NCBI GenBank assembly: GCA_035939185.1
Contig: DASZGB010000005.1
Location: 182,713-246,712, forward strand
Source: Solirubrobacteraceae bacterium
GTDB taxonomy: Bacteria > Actinomycetota > Thermoleophilia > Solirubrobacterales > Solirubrobacteraceae
DNA length: 64,000 bases
Direction: 5' to 3'
A program made the translations under genes and the position numbers. Positions 36,351 through 46,415 of this stretch are shown in pieces (the first letter of the stretch is position 1; each line of letters begins with the position of its first letter). A model generated the notes under the pieces. The model saw only the letters and a list, made by a program, of their open reading frames with translations, did not search any database and was not told the DNA's origin.

Positions 36351-37237
36351 CGGCGGGGGAGCTGCCGATCGTCTCGATCCCCCAGACGCCGTCCCAGCAC
36401 CATCACGCAGAGCACGACGAGCACCAGCACGATCCCCGGGTAAAGCGCCTCGGCGGAGTGCCCCGCAAGGATCGCGGGACGGCCCTCGGCGACCATCAGC
36501 CCCCAATCGGAGCTGGGCGGCTGCTGGCCCAGGCCGAGGAAGGAGATCGCCGCGAGGTCGATCGTGGCGTAGCCGAACATGACAGTGCTCTGCGCCACGA
36601 TCAGCGGCCACACATTGGGCAACAGGTGCCGCCAGAGGATCCTGCGCGCCGGCAGCCCCAGCACGGTGGTTGCGGCGATGTAGGGCAGCGCGCGTTCACG
36701 CAAGGCGCTCGAGCGCACGATACGCGCCATGATCGGCGTGTAGGCGATGCCGATCGCCAGCATCGGCGCGGTGAGACCCACGCCGAACACCGCCACCGCG
36801 ATGATCGCCAACAGCAGGCCGGGAAAGGCGAAGAGCACATCGATCACCGCCGAGAGCCCCGTATCGACCCAGCCGCCGAACCACGCCGCGACGAGTGCGA
36901 TCGAGACGCCGAGAGCAAGTGCCAGCGCGATCACGCCCAGCGGTCCCAAAAGGCTCGCGCGTGCGCCGAAGATCACCCGCGAGAGGATGTCCCGCCCCGA
37001 CGCGTCCGTCCCCAGCGGATGTTCGAGCGAAGGCCCCAGGTAGGCGCTCGACAGGTTCACTTCCGTCGGGGAGTGCGGTGCGATCAGCGGCGCGAACACC
37101 GCCACGAGCACGACGAGCGCCAGCAACGTCATGCAGACGGCCGCAAGTCGATCGCGACGAACGACACGCAGCAGCGCACGCGAGCTCGCGGCTGCGCCTG
37201 GTAGTCGCGGCGCAAACCTCATTTGCGGAGGCGTCAT
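36347..37237 (-). CDS. ABC permease (DppC/OppC-like)
   Basis: HPLGTDASGRDILSRVIFGAR; RHLLPN. Confidence 0.92.
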   Translation of the reverse strand: MTPPQMRFAPRLPGAAASSRALLRVVRRDRLAAVCMTLLALVVLVAVFAPLIAPHSPTEVNLSSAYLGPSLEHPLGTDASGRDILSRVIFGARASLLGPLGVIALALALGVSIALVAAWFGGWVDTGLSAVIDVLFAFPGLLLAIIAVAVFGVGLTAPMLAIGIAYTPIMARIVRSSALRERALPYIAATTVLGLPARRILWRHLLPNVWPLIVAQSTVMFGYATIDLAAISFLGLGQQPPSSDWGLMVAEGRPAILAGHSAEALYPGIVLVLVVLCVMVLGRRLGDRDDRQLPRR

Positions 37238-38229
37238 CGACTCCTCCGCAGACGCGGGTCGAGCAGTAGATAAAGCACGTCCACGACCGCGTTCACCACC
37301 ACGTAGACGACCACCAAGATCAGACAGATGCCCTGCACTACAGGGAAGTCGTTGTTGGTCACCGACTGCACCAGGTAGGCGCCGATGCCGGGCAGTTCAT
37401 AGGCGGTCTCGACCACCGCCACCCCGGCGACGAGGCTTGCCACGGTGATGCCCGACACGGTCACGACCGGTATCAGCGCGTTGCGGACCACGTGACGACG
37501 AATCACGAGCCGCTCGCGCAGGCCGCGCCCGCGGGCGGTGTCGCTGTGCTCGGAGCCCATCTCCACGCGTACCGCGGCGCGGGTGATCAAGGCCACGTAT
37601 GCGATCAGCCCCAGCGCCAGCGAGATCGCCGGCAGGGTCAGATGCCACAGGCGATCCGCGAACCCGCTGCCGGCCCCATACACCGGGAACCAGCCCAGCT
37701 TCAGCGCCAAATAGTTGATCAGGATCGTCGCCGTGACAAACGAAGGAATCGCCATCCCGACGGTGACCGCAGCCAGCACCCCTGCATCGATGCGGCGCCC
37801 GCTTACACCGGCCAGCACCCCCAGCAAGATGCCGCCCACGACGATCAGAAAGGCGCCCATCGCCACCAGCGTGAACGTCACCCCGATGCGCGGCGAGAGC
37901 AGCGTGGTGACAGGTTCGCGGGTGATCGTCGAGCGCCCGAGATCGCCCTGCAGCAGTCCTGTCAGCCACAGCCAGTAGCGCTCGAAGAACGGCTTGTTGA
38001 GGTGATACTGCGCTTCGATCGAATGCACTGCTTCGGGCGAGAGGCTGTGCCCGTGTGTCAAGAACCCCAGCGGGCTGCCCGGCGAGAGGTACAGCGCGGC
38101 GAATATCAGGAAGCTCGAAACCAACAGCGTGGCCAGCGTGCGCAGCAATCGCCGCAGCACACCAGCCCACACACCCGAGCGCAAGGGGGTGGGCCGGGCG
38201 CCACCCCCTTCCCCGGAGGCCCTCCCCAC
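37234..38229 (-). CDS. ABC permease (DppB/OppB-like)
   Basis: GDLGRS, AIPSF, TARGRGL, RHVVRNAL, VETAY. Confidence 0.92.
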   Translation of the reverse strand: MGRASGEGGGARPTPLRSGVWAGVLRRLLRTLATLLVSSFLIFAALYLSPGSPLGFLTHGHSLSPEAVHSIEAQYHLNKPFFERYWLWLTGLLQGDLGRSTITREPVTTLLSPRIGVTFTLVAMGAFLIVVGGILLGVLAGVSGRRIDAGVLAAVTVGMAIPSFVTATILINYLALKLGWFPVYGAGSGFADRLWHLTLPAISLALGLIAYVALITRAAVRVEMGSEHSDTARGRGLRERLVIRRHVVRNALIPVVTVSGITVASLVAGVAVVETAYELPGIGAYLVQSVTNNDFPVVQGICLILVVVYVVVNAVVDVLYLLLDPRLRRSR

Positions 38230-38248
38230 AACGAGGGCCTGCGGTTTC

Positions 38249-39910
38249 TCAGGTTCCGCCGAGCTCAGCTGCCCAGGGGTAGTAGAGGAACGTGGAGAAC
38301 GAGCTGGGCGCTCCGGTGATGCGCTTGTTCATGAACAGCCGCTCGGGATAGATGTAGAGCGGGATGTTGTTCACCGGTTTCACCCACAGCTGCAACGCGC
38401 GGACCGCGAGCGCGGCCCGCTGTTCCGGTTCGGCCTGCGCACGGGCCTGCGCGAAGAGGCTGTCGACTTCCTTCTCGGCGAAGCCGTCGAGGTTGTAGGG
38501 GGAGTTGCTGCGACCCCAGTAGTAGAGCACCTGCAGCGGTTCGGCCTGGTCAATGTAGTTGTTGTTGCCCGTGGTCCAGTCAATCCCCGCTCGCGCCTTT
38601 TCGGAGAAGATCAGTTCCACGTACTGCGCGGTGGGCAGCGCCTTGACCTGCATGTTCAGCCCGATGCTCTTGGCCGCCGACTGGATCGCGGTGGCCACGG
38701 CCGCGGACTGCGAGTCGCCCTGCTGAATGCCGATCGTCATCGCGCTCTTGGGATTACCCGCTTCTTCGACCAGTTTGCGTGCGGCTGCCACATTGGGAGT
38801 CGTGGGAGTGCCCACGCCGAGATACCACTGCTGGTAGCGCTGCGTGGCGTAGGAGAAGGAGTCCGGGGGCACGGCGGCGAGCTCGGGCACGGCCAGGCCC
38901 TGGAAGACAGTATGTGCAATGCCCGTGCGGTCGATGACCATCGAGAGCGCTTCGCGCACCTTCGCGTTCGCGCTCAGACCCGTCTTCTGGATCGGCTGCA
39001 AGATGCCCTGGTTGGTGCTCAGGCCGTAGTACATCTTGCCGGCGCCACCCAGCCGCGCGATGCCCTGGATCGGCACTTCATAGGTGCCGTCGATGGCGCC
39101 GGCGGCCAGTGCGTTGGTGAGGGTGGTGGCGTCGGTGATGAACTTGAAGATGAGCGTCTGCACCTTGGGCTGCAGGCTCGGGTCCCAATAACCCGGGTTG
39201 CGGGTGAGCGTGATCTGCGAGCCCGTCTGCCAGGACTTGAACTGGAAGGGTCCGCTGCACATGATGCCCCCGCTGGCCGTTCCATACGCTGCGCCCTTAG
39301 CTTCGGCGTAGGCCTTCTCGATGACGGTGCCCAGGCCCGAGGCCATCATCTGCGCGACGATCACATCGGGGACCTTGGTGGTCAACGTCACTTCGCTGGG
39401 GCCGCTCTGCGCGATGCTCTTGATGTCCGCGACCCAGGCTGTGTAGAAGGTGCCGAGCTTGGGATTCAGATGGCGGTTGAGGCTGTAGAGGACATCGCCC
39501 ACCGTCAGCGGATGCCCATCCCAGAAGCGCACGCCCGGGCGAATCTTGAACACCCACGTGGTCGGCGTCGGGTGCGTCCAGCTGCTCGCAAGACCCGGCT
39601 GCAGTTTCAGATCCGGGCCGGTGCGCAGCAGCGCGTCGCAGGCGTTCGAGAGCACCGTGTTCTCCGGCAGTGCATAGGATTTCAGCGGATCGAGGGAGGC
39701 AGGTTCCCCGTAGGGCTCATCCCAGACCACCTGCGCGACGGTACTGCTCGCCGGGGGCGTGGTGGGGGTCACGTTCACGCCCGCGGGGTGAAAGGGACTC
39801 GCGGCGGGACTCGAACTGGAGCTGGTGCTAGTGCTGCTGGACCCGCCGCCACAGCCGGTCACGGCGAGGGCGAGGACGACCGAAATCGCTGCGATGAGGC
39901 GCATCTGCAA
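38249..39910 (-). CDS. ABC substrate-binding lipoprotein (family 5)
   Basis: Lipobox AVTGC; SLDP, FKIRPGVRFWDG, SGPFQF. Confidence 0.92.
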   Translation of the reverse strand: MQMRLIAAISVVLALAVTGCGGGSSSTSTSSSSSPAASPFHPAGVNVTPTTPPASSTVAQVVWDEPYGEPASLDPLKSYALPENTVLSNACDALLRTGPDLKLQPGLASSWTHPTPTTWVFKIRPGVRFWDGHPLTVGDVLYSLNRHLNPKLGTFYTAWVADIKSIAQSGPSEVTLTTKVPDVIVAQMMASGLGTVIEKAYAEAKGAAYGTASGGIMCSGPFQFKSWQTGSQITLTRNPGYWDPSLQPKVQTLIFKFITDATTLTNALAAGAIDGTYEVPIQGIARLGGAGKMYYGLSTNQGILQPIQKTGLSANAKVREALSMVIDRTGIAHTVFQGLAVPELAAVPPDSFSYATQRYQQWYLGVGTPTTPNVAAARKLVEEAGNPKSAMTIGIQQGDSQSAAVATAIQSAAKSIGLNMQVKALPTAQYVELIFSEKARAGIDWTTGNNNYIDQAEPLQVLYYWGRSNSPYNLDGFAEKEVDSLFAQARAQAEPEQRAALAVRALQLWVKPVNNIPLYIYPERLFMNKRITGAPSSFSTFLYYPWAAELGGT

Positions 39911-40014
39911 CCTTCTTCCCTTGAGAACGAGCGTGTCGTGTGATGTGTTGGTGTCCTGCCAGTTTTACTTCCCCGGGTGGACTCTAACGACTGCCCCGGG
40001 AAGAAGCGCGACGG

Positions 40015-41394
40015 CTATCCCGACAGGACGGTTCCAGCTATCGTGATCACCTTCTCGATGTCCTGCTCGCTGTGCGCTGCGGAGGTCAGCGCGGGATGCC
40101 CTGGAGGCCAGAGCACGCCACCGGCGACCATCCCCAGTAGGAAGGCGCGCATAGCCTCAGGATCGGCGCGCAACACATCGCGACGGTTGCGCACCTCCTG
40201 CACACCCAGATGCACCTGCGCGATCGAGGCGACGCCCGTGACCGCCGCTGCGAGGTCGTATGCGGCGAAGAGCTCCTTCAGACCCGCACGCAGCAGTTCC
40301 CCCGTACGGTCCGCGCGCTCCAGCACGGGCTCGGACTCGAGCACGTCAAGCACCGCCAGACCCGCGGCCATCGCCACGGGATTCTCGGTGAAGGTGCCCG
40401 ACTGGAAGATCTGGCGAGGGTGTACCCCCCGCGGCGCGAGGTCCTCGTCGTGCGCCAGCGCGGCCTCCATCAGCTCCATCCGCCCGCCGAAGGCCGCCAG
40501 CGGCATGCCGCCACCCACGGCCTTGCCGATCGCAGCCAAGTCCGGCGTCACGCCCAGGTACGCGGACGCGCCCGCGAGACCCAGGCGGTATGCACAGAGG
40601 ACTTCATCGAAGATCAGCACCACATCGTGCCGTCCCGTGGCCTCGCGCAGCGCGCGCGCGAACTCCGCGGTGGCGGGCACGCCGCCACCGCTTGAGAACG
40701 CGACGGGCTCCACGATCACGCACGCCAGCTCGTCGGCGTGCTTGGCAATCAGCTGCGCCGCCGCCTGTGGCTCGTTGTAGGGGAGCACCAGCACCGTCTC
40801 CTGCACGTTGGGCTGAAGACCGGGGTAATCCACGACCGGCTGCGGCCGGGTATCGCTGCCCGCCACCCTGCGGGTGTGGCTTGAGACCAAGAACATATCG
40901 TCGGAGCCGTGGAAGGCCCCCTCGCACTTGGCGATCAGCGGGCGCCCAGTCACCGCGCGCGCAACGCGCACGGCTGAGCGCGTGGCCTCGGAGCCGGTGT
41001 TGGTGAAACGCAGGCGCTCGAGATGGGGCATATGTCCGCGAATACGCTCTGCCAGCTCGATCGAGAGCTCGCTGGGGAGCATCGGATTGGTCATCCACGG
41101 GACCTGCTCGCGGATCGCCTCGAGCACGCGCGGATGGCCGTGGCCGAGCAGCATCGGACCGGCTCCCATCAGCATGTCGATGTAGTCGTTGCCATCGACA
41201 TCGGTGGCACGCGCACCGCGTGCCGCGGCGAGGAACACGGGAAACGGCGCGTAGTACTTGGCCGCCCCGCTTACCCCTCCCGGCAGCACTCCGCGCGCGC
41301 GCTGCCACAGCCGCTCTGACTCCTCGCGGCCTGCGTAGTAGCGCTCGAGCGCGCGCACGGCCATCACTCCGTTAGGACTGCTCACCACAGCCAT
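40015..41394 (-). CDS. Class-III PLP aminotransferase (HemL/GSA-aminomutase-like)
   Basis: LPGGVS, DVDGNDYID, FTNTGSEAT, HGS, IFDEV, GKAVGGG, GTFTENP. Confidence 0.9.
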   Translation of the reverse strand: MAVVSSPNGVMAVRALERYYAGREESERLWQRARGVLPGGVSGAAKYYAPFPVFLAAARGARATDVDGNDYIDMLMGAGPMLLGHGHPRVLEAIREQVPWMTNPMLPSELSIELAERIRGHMPHLERLRFTNTGSEATRSAVRVARAVTGRPLIAKCEGAFHGSDDMFLVSSHTRRVAGSDTRPQPVVDYPGLQPNVQETVLVLPYNEPQAAAQLIAKHADELACVIVEPVAFSSGGGVPATAEFARALREATGRHDVVLIFDEVLCAYRLGLAGASAYLGVTPDLAAIGKAVGGGMPLAAFGGRMELMEAALAHDEDLAPRGVHPRQIFQSGTFTENPVAMAAGLAVLDVLESEPVLERADRTGELLRAGLKELFAAYDLAAAVTGVASIAQVHLGVQEVRNRRDVLRADPEAMRAFLLGMVAGGVLWPPGHPALTSAAHSEQDIEKVITIAGTVLSG

Positions 41395-41510
41395 GCACCG
41401 ATTTTACTCCCCGCCATCAGTTCAAACTATCCGCAATTAATCCGCGAGGGCGAGCCGCGTCCCCGCGCGGGGACTGTTGGACGAGCGGGTCCCGCGTGTC
41501 CACGTCGGTC

Positions 41511-41545
41511 TGACATCACTTGACATGGCCGGTTATGATGTCAAG
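41511..41545 (+). promoter_or_regulatory. Promoter/operator upstream of WS/DGAT
   Basis: CTGACA-18nt-TATGAT with CTTGACAT-11nt-ATGTCAAG inverted repeat; TGACAT repeated at 10-bp period. Confidence 0.5.
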
Positions 41546-41610
41546 CAGGGTCGAGTGGGCGCAGCGCCACCGCACCGCCGTGTGGCCTGCGTCCGCGGAA
41601 TGGAAGCACC

Positions 41611-42969
41611 ATGGGGAGGACCGTGGCGAGCAAGACCGTCTACCACCGCCTGCCGAGCGCCGACGCAGCGTTCCTGCACATGGACAGGCCGACCAACCTG
41701 ATGGTCATCAACTTCGTGATGCTCTTCGACGAGCGCTTGGACGAGCAGCGCTTGCGCGCAGTCATCAGCGCGCGGCTGCTGGAGCGCTACCCACGCTTTC
41801 GCCAGCGCGTGGTCAAGCGCCGGCCACCGCTGCGCGGACCCGCGTTCGTGGAGGACCCCCGCTTCGAGCTCGACCACCACGTGCACCACCACGAGCTATC
41901 CGTGGCGGGCGACGACGCCCTGCGCGAGCTGGTGAGCGACCTTGTTACATCGCCCCTGGAGCGCTCCAGGCCGCTGTGGGCCATGTACCTCCTCAAGCGC
42001 CCCGGCGGGGGCTGCGCACTGGTCGTGCGCATACATCACTGCATCGTCGATGGCATCGCGCTGGCGCAGTTGATGCTGTCGCTGACCGACGCCGTGCCCG
42101 CTGCGCCAGCCGCTGCGCCGGTCTGCGCGGATGCGCTCGTGGCTGCCCGCACCTCTCATGTACGCGCCTCCCGGCGCGGGGAGAGAGCGCACGGGGCGCT
42201 CGCCGGCGCAGCGGCCAACGCCAAGGCGCTGGCCAAGCTGCTGTTCACCCTCCCCGACGCCAAGACCGCTCTACGCGGGGAGCTGGTCACCGCCAAGCGG
42301 GTGGCCTGGACTGGGCGGCTGGACCTGGCGCTCGTGAAGGCGACGGCACGAGCACAGGGCGCGAGCGTCAACGACGTGCTGCTGGCGGCCGTCTGCGGGG
42401 CGCTGCGCCGCCACCTGCTGGAGCGCGGCGGGCGACCCCGGGCGATCAGGACACTCGTACCTTTCAACCTGCGCCCCCTGGAGGAGCCGATCCCGCGCGA
42501 TCTGGGCAACCGCTTCGGGCTGGTGTTCCTGACGCTGCCCGTGGACATCAGCTCTCGCCGCGAGCGCCTGCAGGAGCTTACGCGCAGGATGGCCGCGATC
42601 AAGAGCTCGCGCGAGGGACCGGTCTCCTACGTGATCCTCAAGGCCATGGGCCTGACCCCGCCGGGCGTGGAGAGTCGCATCGTGGACATCTTCACGGCGA
42701 AGGCCAGCGCTATGACCACCAACGTCCCCGGTCCGCGCGAGCAGGTCTACCTGGCCGGCACGCGCCTGGGTACGGTGTTGGTGTGGGCGCCCGTGTCGGG
42801 CAGCGTGGGCATGACCGTGAGCATCTTCAGCTACCACGATGGGGTAACGATCGGGCTGCTGGTAGACGCCGGCCTGGTGCCTAACCCGCAGGTGATCGCG
42901 CAGCATGCGGAGGCGGAGCTGGCGGAGCTTGCGAGGCTCAAGCCGATGGGGGGAAGTGGACTTCGATAA
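41611..42969 (+). CDS. Wax ester synthase / diacylglycerol acyltransferase
   Basis: RIHHCIVDG (HHxxxDG), SVNDVLL, GNRFG, TNVPGP, SYHD. Confidence 0.93.
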   Translation: MGRTVASKTVYHRLPSADAAFLHMDRPTNLMVINFVMLFDERLDEQRLRAVISARLLERYPRFRQRVVKRRPPLRGPAFVEDPRFELDHHVHHHELSVAGDDALRELVSDLVTSPLERSRPLWAMYLLKRPGGGCALVVRIHHCIVDGIALAQLMLSLTDAVPAAPAAAPVCADALVAARTSHVRASRRGERAHGALAGAAANAKALAKLLFTLPDAKTALRGELVTAKRVAWTGRLDLALVKATARAQGASVNDVLLAAVCGALRRHLLERGGRPRAIRTLVPFNLRPLEEPIPRDLGNRFGLVFLTLPVDISSRRERLQELTRRMAAIKSSREGPVSYVILKAMGLTPPGVESRIVDIFTAKASAMTTNVPGPREQVYLAGTRLGTVLVWAPVSGSVGMTVSIFSYHDGVTIGLLVDAGLVPNPQVIAQHAEAELAELARLKPMGGSGLR

Positions 42970-43304
42970 GTCCGTGCGGTCCGATGTGCCCGTTACGGTG
43001 CTTGAAATTAACCGGAGATAGCGGCAAGACAGCGTGCAGGACTGGAATAGCGAACCCGACGCTGCAAGCCTAAGGCGTGAGGGAGCGCTGCAGTTCCGTG
43101 AGAGATCGCCGCAGGACGCGTCCAAAGCGGTATGGGTTCGTTGATATTTATCCTAGCCCCGGTGCTCGGGGCAATGTGCCTGGCCACCGGGTTCGTGATC
43201 GCGCTCGGGATTGTCGCGGCGCGGGCCGATGAGCACTTCGACCGGCAACTGGCCGAGGAGCGGGCGCAGGCGCTGTCGGCTACCAGCGACTACGGGCCGG
43301 GGCT

Positions 43305-43556
43305 CTACGCCCCGCCGCCGGAGGTGAGCACGGCCATGGCGGCCGCAAGCACCACGAGCGTGGCCGTGATCCCGATCACCAAGCGCTCGCCGCCAGAGTC
43401 AGAGGGGAAGTCGGGGCGGCTGCGGCCGATACCCATCGACAACAGAAACGCCCACACCACCAGCGCGCCGCCGGCGATATAGAACGGCACTTTGCTCTTC
43501 GCGGCGCCGAGGACGGCCGTCACGTGCGAGAGGGTGGCGAGCACAAGCACAAGCAT
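43305..43556 (-). CDS. Small membrane protein
   Basis: Three hydrophobic segments (PFYIAGGALVVWAFLL...ITATLVVLAAAMAVLTS); overlaps competing + ORF 43132-43482. Confidence 0.5.
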   Translation of the reverse strand: MLVLVLATLSHVTAVLGAAKSKVPFYIAGGALVVWAFLLSMGIGRSRPDFPSDSGGERLVIGITATLVVLAAAMAVLTSGGGA

Positions 43557-43654
43557 CAGGCGCGAGCGTAACGGATCGCGGGGCGGGTATGCCGCGCGCG
43601 CGAGGAGCGACGCGGTCCCGTAGGGGGGATCGCCAGGCGGCTATGCTGCGCGCG

Positions 43655-44536
43655 ATGTCCGACGCGGTCCGCATTCCCGATGAGGCGCTGCAGGATCTGC
43701 CCGACTTCCCTTTCCAGCCTTACTACCGCGAAGTGCAGGGCCTGCGCCTAGCGCACCTCGACGAGGGTGAAGGCAAGCCCGTGGTGTTCCTGCACGGCGA
43801 GCCCACCTGGTCGTTTCTGTGGCGCAAGGTGATCCCGCCGGTGCGCGCTGCGGGCTTGCGCTGCATCGCGCCGGACCTTGCCGGCTTCGGACGCTCGGAC
43901 AAGCCCACGGACATCGGCTGGTACTCCTACGATCGCCACACGCAGATGACCGCGACTCTGCTGGAGGACCTCGACCTGCGCGAAGCCACGATGGTGGTGC
44001 ACGACTGGGGTGGGCCGATCGGGCTGCGCCTGGCGGTCGAGCAGCGGCAGCGCATCGAGCGGCTGGTGATCCTCGACACGGGCCTCTTCACCGGACACCA
44101 GCGCATGGCCGAGGCCTGGACGCTCTTCCGCGACTTCGTGGAGCGCACGGAGGATCTACCGGTGGGCTTCCTGGTCAAGGGCGCCTGCAAGAACGACCCC
44201 GGCGAGGAGGTGATCGGGGCCTACGACGCCCCCTATCCCAACGCGCAGTCCAAGGCGGGCGCGCGCGCCTTCCCGCTGATGATCCCCCTCACCCCCGAGG
44301 CGCCCGGCGCGGCCGCCGGGCAGCGCGTGCTCGATGAGCTACGCAACGACCGCCGCCCGACGCTGATGCTGTGGGCCGACTCGGACCCCGTGCTTCCTCT
44401 CGCCACCGGCGAGCACTTCGCCGCGGCCATCGGTCGCGAGAAGCCCACGACGATCGAGTGCGCATCGCACTTCCTGCAGGAGGATCAGGGGCCGCTGATT
44501 GGCGGCCTGATCGCGGAGTGGCTCAGCGCAGGCTGA
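43655..44536 (+). CDS. Haloalkane dehalogenase-like alpha/beta hydrolase
   Basis: HGEPTWSFLW, PDLAGFGRSDKP, VHDWGG, SHFLQED. Confidence 0.88.
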   Translation: MSDAVRIPDEALQDLPDFPFQPYYREVQGLRLAHLDEGEGKPVVFLHGEPTWSFLWRKVIPPVRAAGLRCIAPDLAGFGRSDKPTDIGWYSYDRHTQMTATLLEDLDLREATMVVHDWGGPIGLRLAVEQRQRIERLVILDTGLFTGHQRMAEAWTLFRDFVERTEDLPVGFLVKGACKNDPGEEVIGAYDAPYPNAQSKAGARAFPLMIPLTPEAPGAAAGQRVLDELRNDRRPTLMLWADSDPVLPLATGEHFAAAIGREKPTTIECASHFLQEDQGPLIGGLIAEWLSAG

Positions 44537-44751
44537 GTCGACAGCAGGTTGATCAGGTAGCACACGGCACTTCGGGTCCGTCCGACTCATTTACTAGCTA
44601 CGTAAAGGCGCCTACGCGCGTTGCCCTCGGCGAGCGCTCTGCATAAAGCCCAGCGAAATCGGGCGTTACGTCGATCTGTTCTCAGGAGCGGGTGTCTTCT
44701 TATAAAGAGATATGCAGCTATTATGTTTTCGCTTCAAGCCAATACAGAAAC

Positions 44752-46395
44752 ATGCCATATCCCCCTTTACATCCAGCTTCCGACGATCAGCCCAGCCACT
44801 TCTCCTCCGCAGACGAGTTCCGGCGCATCTTCGTAGAGGAGACCGACTACGTCGAGTTCAAGACTGGGGCTGGCAACCAGCCCCTCCAAGACGCCATCGT
44901 CGCGTTCTCCAACGCAGATGGAGGCGTCATCTTCATTGGCGTCCAAGATGACGGGAGCGTTGTCGGACGAGAGCCGACTCAAGGGACACTCGATGCCATA
45001 GGTCAGGCGTTTCGGGATACGCGCGATCCCGGACGCTACTCAATCCGTCCCATATCTGTGGGCGATATCTCAATCCTGGCGATCGCTGTCGCCAAGAGGA
45101 TCAACAGCTTCTCGCAGACTTCGAGTGGTCGCGTACTCGTGCGACGAGGATCTCACAAGGTCGCTCTCTTCGGAGACGAGCTCCGACGCCTGCTGATAGA
45201 TCGCTCACTCGAGCGCTTCGATGAGCACGACTCGGGCGTTCCCCTTGCGACTGTCACGGATCAGCAACTCGCAAAGCTTCGTGCCATATACGGGTGGAGC
45301 AGCAACTCTGGGCTTGAAGAGCGCCTGCGTGAACGGGGCCTTCTACTCGCAAACGCTCCCAACCTTACGATCGCCGGTGCTATGTACCTGCTCGATGATC
45401 CGAGCTCGGCTTTTGGCAAGGCCTACATCGAGATACTCCGCTATCCACCTGGTGCAGGCGAGTACGACCGCCGTATCGAGGTCAGAGGTTCGCTCAACCG
45501 CCAGGTCGCCGAGGCAACGAGGGCGATCGCCGAGGAACTCGGTCATGAGCTGGTGGTGATAGGTCTTCATCGCCACGAGCTGCCGAGACTTCCGATCGTG
45601 GTGCTTCGAGAGGCGCTCGCAAATGCTGTGGCCCATAGGTCCTATGAGATGAGCGGCGTCTCCATTCGCGTTGAGATCAGGACCGATGAGGTTCGTGTCA
45701 TCTCGCCCGGAGGACTGCCCGAGCCGGTCACCGAGGAGAACATCCGCGATGCCCAATCCGCGCGCAACTTCAGGATCATCGGGGTGCTACGCCAGGCCGG
45801 CTTGGCCGAGGACGCGGGGCGCGGCATCGACGTGATGCTCGACTCGATGCGCAGCGAGCTCCTGGACGCGCCCCGCTTCAAGGATCTGGGACATGCAGTT
45901 GAGGTTTCCCTGCCGACGCGCAGCGCCGTGACCCCGGCCGAGCGAGCATGGGTACGAGAGATCGAGGCAAGAGGCTTGATCCAGCCCTTGGACCGTCTTA
46001 TCCTCGTGCACGCGGCGCGGGGAGAGCGTCTTACAAACGCTGGCATTCGAGAGCTTCTCGGCATAGACAGCTCCGATGCTCGCCAAGCCCTCAGGCGTCT
46101 TCGCGACGCCGGTCTGCTAGTGCAGCACGGACAGACGAGGGGGGCTACGTACATCCTCTCGGACTCGATCAGCGCACCAGCGGGCCTGCGGCTAAGTAGA
46201 GCAGAGCTGGGAGACCTGCTCTTGGAGATGGCCCAAACAGAACCACTCACCAATGCCAACGTCCGGCTCCGGACCGGACTCGACCGTACAGGAGCGCTTC
46301 GCGCACTCGAAGAAATGGTCGCGGACGGGAAGCTGATTCGCATCGGGGAGAGACGCGGCACGCGTTACCTGCGGTCGGTCTCCGCCGATAAATAA
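44752..46395 (+). CDS. Schlafen/AlbA_2 + HATPase_c_4 + wHTH protein (often annotated RecG-like/ATP-binding)
   Basis: ETDYVEFK, AFSNADGGVIFIGVQDDG, LREALANAVAHRSY, SPGGLP, SARN, EDAGRGI; two C-terminal wHTH with TRY ends. Confidence 0.85.
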   Translation: MPYPPLHPASDDQPSHFSSADEFRRIFVEETDYVEFKTGAGNQPLQDAIVAFSNADGGVIFIGVQDDGSVVGREPTQGTLDAIGQAFRDTRDPGRYSIRPISVGDISILAIAVAKRINSFSQTSSGRVLVRRGSHKVALFGDELRRLLIDRSLERFDEHDSGVPLATVTDQQLAKLRAIYGWSSNSGLEERLRERGLLLANAPNLTIAGAMYLLDDPSSAFGKAYIEILRYPPGAGEYDRRIEVRGSLNRQVAEATRAIAEELGHELVVIGLHRHELPRLPIVVLREALANAVAHRSYEMSGVSIRVEIRTDEVRVISPGGLPEPVTEENIRDAQSARNFRIIGVLRQAGLAEDAGRGIDVMLDSMRSELLDAPRFKDLGHAVEVSLPTRSAVTPAERAWVREIEARGLIQPLDRLILVHAARGERLTNAGIRELLGIDSSDARQALRRLRDAGLLVQHGQTRGATYILSDSISAPAGLRLSRAELGDLLLEMAQTEPLTNANVRLRTGLDRTGALRALEEMVADGKLIRIGERRGTRYLRSVSADK

Positions 46396-46415
46396 GTCGC
46401 CCCCGATGGCTCTGG

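Noticed and set aside
38129-39943. 604-aa plus-strand ORF
   Set aside because: Antisense shadow of the ABC substrate-binding gene.
43132-43482. 116-aa plus-strand ORF overlapping the small membrane gene
   Set aside because: The N-terminus looks like a plausible TM peptide, but its 3' half is antisense to 43305-43556. I could not decide between them without homology data, so it is not listed as a feature.
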